DNA from: Candidatus Marinacidobacterales bacterium
GTDB taxonomy: Bacteria > Acidobacteriota > Vicinamibacteria > Marinacidobacterales > SMYC01
Length of the DNA stretch: 64,000 bases
Reading direction: 5' to 3'
NCBI GenBank assembly: GCA_965237955.1
Contig: OZ250169.1
Coordinates: 5,440,001 to 5,504,000 of the forward strand
Made by a program: the position numbers and the translations under genes. Below, in pieces: positions 60,764 to 64,000 of the stretch. Within the stretch, counting starts at the first letter, position 1. The number at the start of each line of letters is the position of its first letter. Below the pieces are notes generated by a model, which was not told the origin of the DNA, searched no databases, and was given only the letters and a program-made list of their open reading frames with translations.

Positions 60764-61388
60764 TGTACGGGACGGTCACGGTGGATGGAGAATCTTTCCC
60801 GGGTTCATGTCCATACGCCGTCAACCGAACACTCTTGGACGTAACGTCGAAACGGAGATAAATCACGGGCGCGCGTGTCTGTTCGGTATGCGACGCGGTG
60901 TCGCACTCGCTGCACACGAGCTCGCGGTGCTGCTCGAGATCTTCTACGGTCCGACAAAGTTGAGCTAGCTGGCCGAGAACGTCCAGGTTCTCCGGATCCA
61001 CGGCGGCCACCTCGACGAGGTAATCGAAGAGAGTCGTTTCATCGAGGCCGTTGGGAATGGATACCTTGCCGAGCGGGTGGATCGCGCGGAGGTTATGGCC
61101 CTCGATTTCGAGCGCGACTTGGTGTCCGCCCCGATAAAGCTCGAGCATCCCTGCGTCGATACTGTAAAACAGAGAAAGCGGATCGACGAAAAGCCGTGTT
61201 TGACACGGGTTTTTCGTGCGGGGGGGGGCAGGGGGGGAGAAGTTGTCCGGGGTCCGTACGGCCACCGCTACGGCTTCCGTACGGGAGGGTACAAAAGCGA
61301 AACCGCCGGGCCGGCCAGCCCGACAATGCTGACAACGGCGCTGGCAAAGTGTTTCTCAACAGGTTGCCCGCAGGCGAAAGCTTACGAT

Positions 61389-62483
61389 TTACTTTTCGTA
61401 AGCCTTTACTTTGTGCGTTTGTTTCCCGATCTTTTCGATGTAAGCCTCTACCGTGTCTCCGGGCTTTAAGAAGATCTGCTCGGCGCGGGCACTGCGCGAA
61501 AAACCGGCGCCCCTCGGGCTTCCCGCCGAGATGACATCTCCCGCTTCGAGGGTGAGTCTTTGAGATCCGTACTCGATGAGCTCGTAAATATTGTGGATCA
61601 TGTCGGAGCTGCGGGCGTCCTGCATGACCTGCCCACTGACGGTGAGCGTCTGATGCAGATCCATGACATTCTCGATGAACTCGGCGGGCACGATGTAAGG
61701 TCCCATGGGAGCAAAGGTGTCCTGTCCCTTCCCGACCAGCCAGTCGGAACCGAAACGAGGCTCAGCCTCTCCTCGACCGCCCCTATCGGAAACATCGATC
61801 AGGATAGTGAAGCCGAAGATGTGATCCTTGGCGTCGGCCGCCGTCACAAACCTCGCCGGCTTGCCGATGACGGTGGCAATCTCGCACTCCCAATCGATTT
61901 TGGATCGGCCTCTGGGGACGACGATGGGCTCGCCGTCGGCAATGACCGCGTTGGTGGCGGATTTTATGAACAAGTAAGGAATGCCCCGATCCCTTCGTCG
62001 TGCCTCGGCAATCCTTGCTTGCACTTCAGGGGGGTTGGACTCGCCGGCGTGCCCGTAGTAGTTGGCGGCTGCATTTAGAATCTTGTTGGGATAGAGGATA
62101 GGCGCCAGAGTCTCCACTTCTTCCACCCCATGCACATACCAGGGTCGGTTGCTTGCCTCCAGCAAGTGCTCGCCAATCACGTAATTGGTGATCTGGTAGA
62201 GGCGTTCCTTCAAACCGAGGCGGTAACGACCGGCCAGTTCTTTCATGTCCTCGGCCATGGGAATCTTCACATACAAGGGGCGGCGCTGAAGGTAGTTGTT
62301 GGCGGCTTCGAGCTCGACAACATATTGATCACGCAGAACCAAACCGAGCTTGATCTCTCCTTTGATGTCGAAGGTTCCGAGCTTAAACGACTCCGCCGGC
62401 TGTGTCTCCGCCGCTACCGATTCCATGGCGGCGGCGGAGCATATAAAAACACTCGCGACAAAGATGAATGCTTTTTTCTTCAT
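61389..62483 (-). CDS. Fumarylacetoacetate hydrolase family protein with signal peptide
   Basis: AAANY..H, LFIK, DWECE, DVSDR, GKGQDTFAPMGP, GDVISAGSP and FLKPGD. Confidence 0.92.
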   Translation of the reverse strand: MKKKAFIFVASVFICSAAAMESVAAETQPAESFKLGTFDIKGEIKLGLVLRDQYVVELEAANNYLQRRPLYVKIPMAEDMKELAGRYRLGLKERLYQITNYVIGEHLLEASNRPWYVHGVEEVETLAPILYPNKILNAAANYYGHAGESNPPEVQARIAEARRRDRGIPYLFIKSATNAVIADGEPIVVPRGRSKIDWECEIATVIGKPARFVTAADAKDHIFGFTILIDVSDRGGRGEAEPRFGSDWLVGKGQDTFAPMGPYIVPAEFIENVMDLHQTLTVSGQVMQDARSSDMIHNIYELIEYGSQRLTLEAGDVISAGSPRGAGFSRSARAEQIFLKPGDTVEAYIEKIGKQTHKVKAYEK

Positions 62484-62714
62484 GGGCTCCCTCACACTCA
62501 AAAAAGGTTGTGTCTTTTAATGAATTGCGACTCCGCCTTCGTGCGGCCGCCGGTCGGAGCCTCCTTCCAGCGCGTTCTCCTCGGGAACGATAAAGAACGC
62601 AAGCTGGGAAAGCAACTGCGCAGACAATGAATCCTATGGAGATGACGAGAGCCGCTAGATCCTGACGAGTGGCCGTATCGCACGACGAAACTCGCCACGG
62701 CTCGTCTTTCAGGC

Positions 62715-62895
62715 GGAACTCCGATATTGTCCGGCTCACGGTCCCGTAACCGACAAGTCGGGACTCGAGCAAACGCTCGCCTATCTCGAGCTCCTTACGA
62801 CGGAAGCACGACGACGTTACGACGCGGGGATGCCGGTCGAAGAGGCCATCGAAGACATCGGTCTCGACCACTACCGCGGCTGGCTCGATGCCGAT
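62715..62895 (+). pseudogene. Metallo-beta-lactamase-fold C-terminal fragment
   Basis: HGPVTDKSGLEQTLAYL.....RRRYDAGMPVEEAIEDI. Confidence 0.55.
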
Positions 62896-62985
62896 GAGCC
62901 GCTACAAACGCGCTCTCGCCGCGGCGTGACGAAAACGAACGCTCCTCGGACTTCGAGGCGCGCGTGTTAGGCTACGCTCATTACG

Positions 62986-64000
62986 ATGTCGAAACGACTA
63001 TGGCCCGTTCTCGCCATCGGTGCGTTGGTCGTCGTGCTCCTCGGGCTGACGTGGCTCGGGTCGGCGGACAGCAGCGAGCAGATTCGCCAAGCGAAAGTGA
63101 CGCAGACGGCGGTCATCTTCGTGCTGGCGTCGTGCGTACTGCTCGTTTGGGCCGCGTTTTTCTCGGGCTTGCCGCAGCGCATGCGCCTATGGCTAATAGG
63201 CGGCTTCTTCGTGTTCGTTGCGGCGTTTTTCGTGATGTTCCGATATCGGGGTGTGAGCGGTGACCTCGTTCCCCAGTTCGAGCCGCGTTTCTCGACGGCG
63301 TCCGCGGAACTGGCCGATGTGAACTGGACGTCGCTTCGAGGTGCCGCCGACTACCCGCAATTTCTCGGTGTCGATCGCATCGCTCACGTCGAAGGCGTTC
63401 GCCTCGCGCGTAACTGGTCTCTCGACCCACCGAAGCTCCTTTGGCGCCGGCCGGTTGGACGGGGTTGGTCGGGTTTCGCGGTCTCGGGGAACGCCGCGGT
63501 GACGCACGAGCAACACAGCGCGGAAGAGCGTGTTGTTCGCTACGAGCTTTCGACCGGGCGCGTCGAGTGGGCCTCGCGTGAGGTCGCGCACTATACCAAC
63601 GCACTAGCCGGGGAAGGACCGCGAGCGACTCCCACGATCCACGACGGCCGAGTCTACGCGATGGGGGGAACGGGGCTGCTCACGGTGCTCGACCTCGACT
63701 CGGGCGAGCTTCTCTGGAAACGGGACGTGTTCCGGGACAGTGGCGGCAAAGTGCCGACGTGGGGCAAGAGCGATTCGCCGCTTCTCTTGGACGATGACGA
63801 GCTCGTCGTCGTGGGTGCGGGCTCGGCGCTTTCTGCTTATCGCGCGGAAGACGGGGAGCCGGCTTGGAGTGTCAGTGACGTGTCGCCCGCTTATGGCTCA
63901 CCGCTTCTGACGACGCTCGCGGGCGTCCGGCAGATCGTTTCGTTCAACGCGGACAGTCTTACCGGGCACGATCCCGAAGAGGGGACCGTTCTGTGGAGAG
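62986..64000 (+). CDS. PQQ-like beta-propeller membrane protein (runs off the window)
   Basis: Three TMs, YPQFLG.DR, LLWRRPVG.GWS, GPRATPT and AYGSP. Confidence 0.88.
   Translation, partial: MSKRLWPVLAIGALVVVLLGLTWLGSADSSEQIRQAKVTQTAVIFVLASCVLLVWAAFFSGLPQRMRLWLIGGFFVFVAAFFVMFRYRGVSGDLVPQFEPRFSTASAELADVNWTSLRGAADYPQFLGVDRIAHVEGVRLARNWSLDPPKLLWRRPVGRGWSGFAVSGNAAVTHEQHSAEERVVRYELSTGRVEWASREVAHYTNALAGEGPRATPTIHDGRVYAMGGTGLLTVLDLDSGELLWKRDVFRDSGGKVPTWGKSDSPLLLDDDELVVVGAGSALSAYRAEDGEPAWSVSDVSPAYGSPLLTTLAGVRQIVSFNADSLTGHDPEEGTVLWR

Noticed and set aside
60770-61390. Overlapping ORFs on both strands and G-runs at 61220-61239
   Set aside because: No motif or start signal to choose a frame. The G-runs may be sequencing homopolymers.

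Overview
This is high-GC bacterial DNA whose resident genes resemble Acidobacteriota (ADOP-type permease, kinase-PD40 fragments, VPS10 hydrolase, Tat lipoproteins); the taxon is inferred, not proven. Bases 1-46,100 are a dense nest of mobile DNA: two IS21, five IS256, two IS5, IS3 carrying ISL3, two IS91 remnants, IS6, IS110 and IS481-like remnants, two RIT-type tyrosine-recombinase elements and one intact large-serine-recombinase (LSR) element. Between them lie AT-richer cargo (L-fucose uptake cluster, VPS10 hydrolase, LysR pseudogene, DapA-like gene) and many short gene fragments. Bases 46,100-64,000 are mostly ordinary enzymes with scattered pseudogenes. The top observation is the 2,572-bp LSR element at 5299-7870. 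Its accessory gene has no start codon ahead of its conserved-looking N-terminus while integrated. Joining the two element ends into the predicted excision circle supplies an SD and an in-frame ATG that overlaps the recombinase stop, giving a 159-aa gene and a closed loop of two ATGA-coupled genes. No rRNA, tRNA or CRISPR array was seen. Family names come from motif recognition, not database searches.
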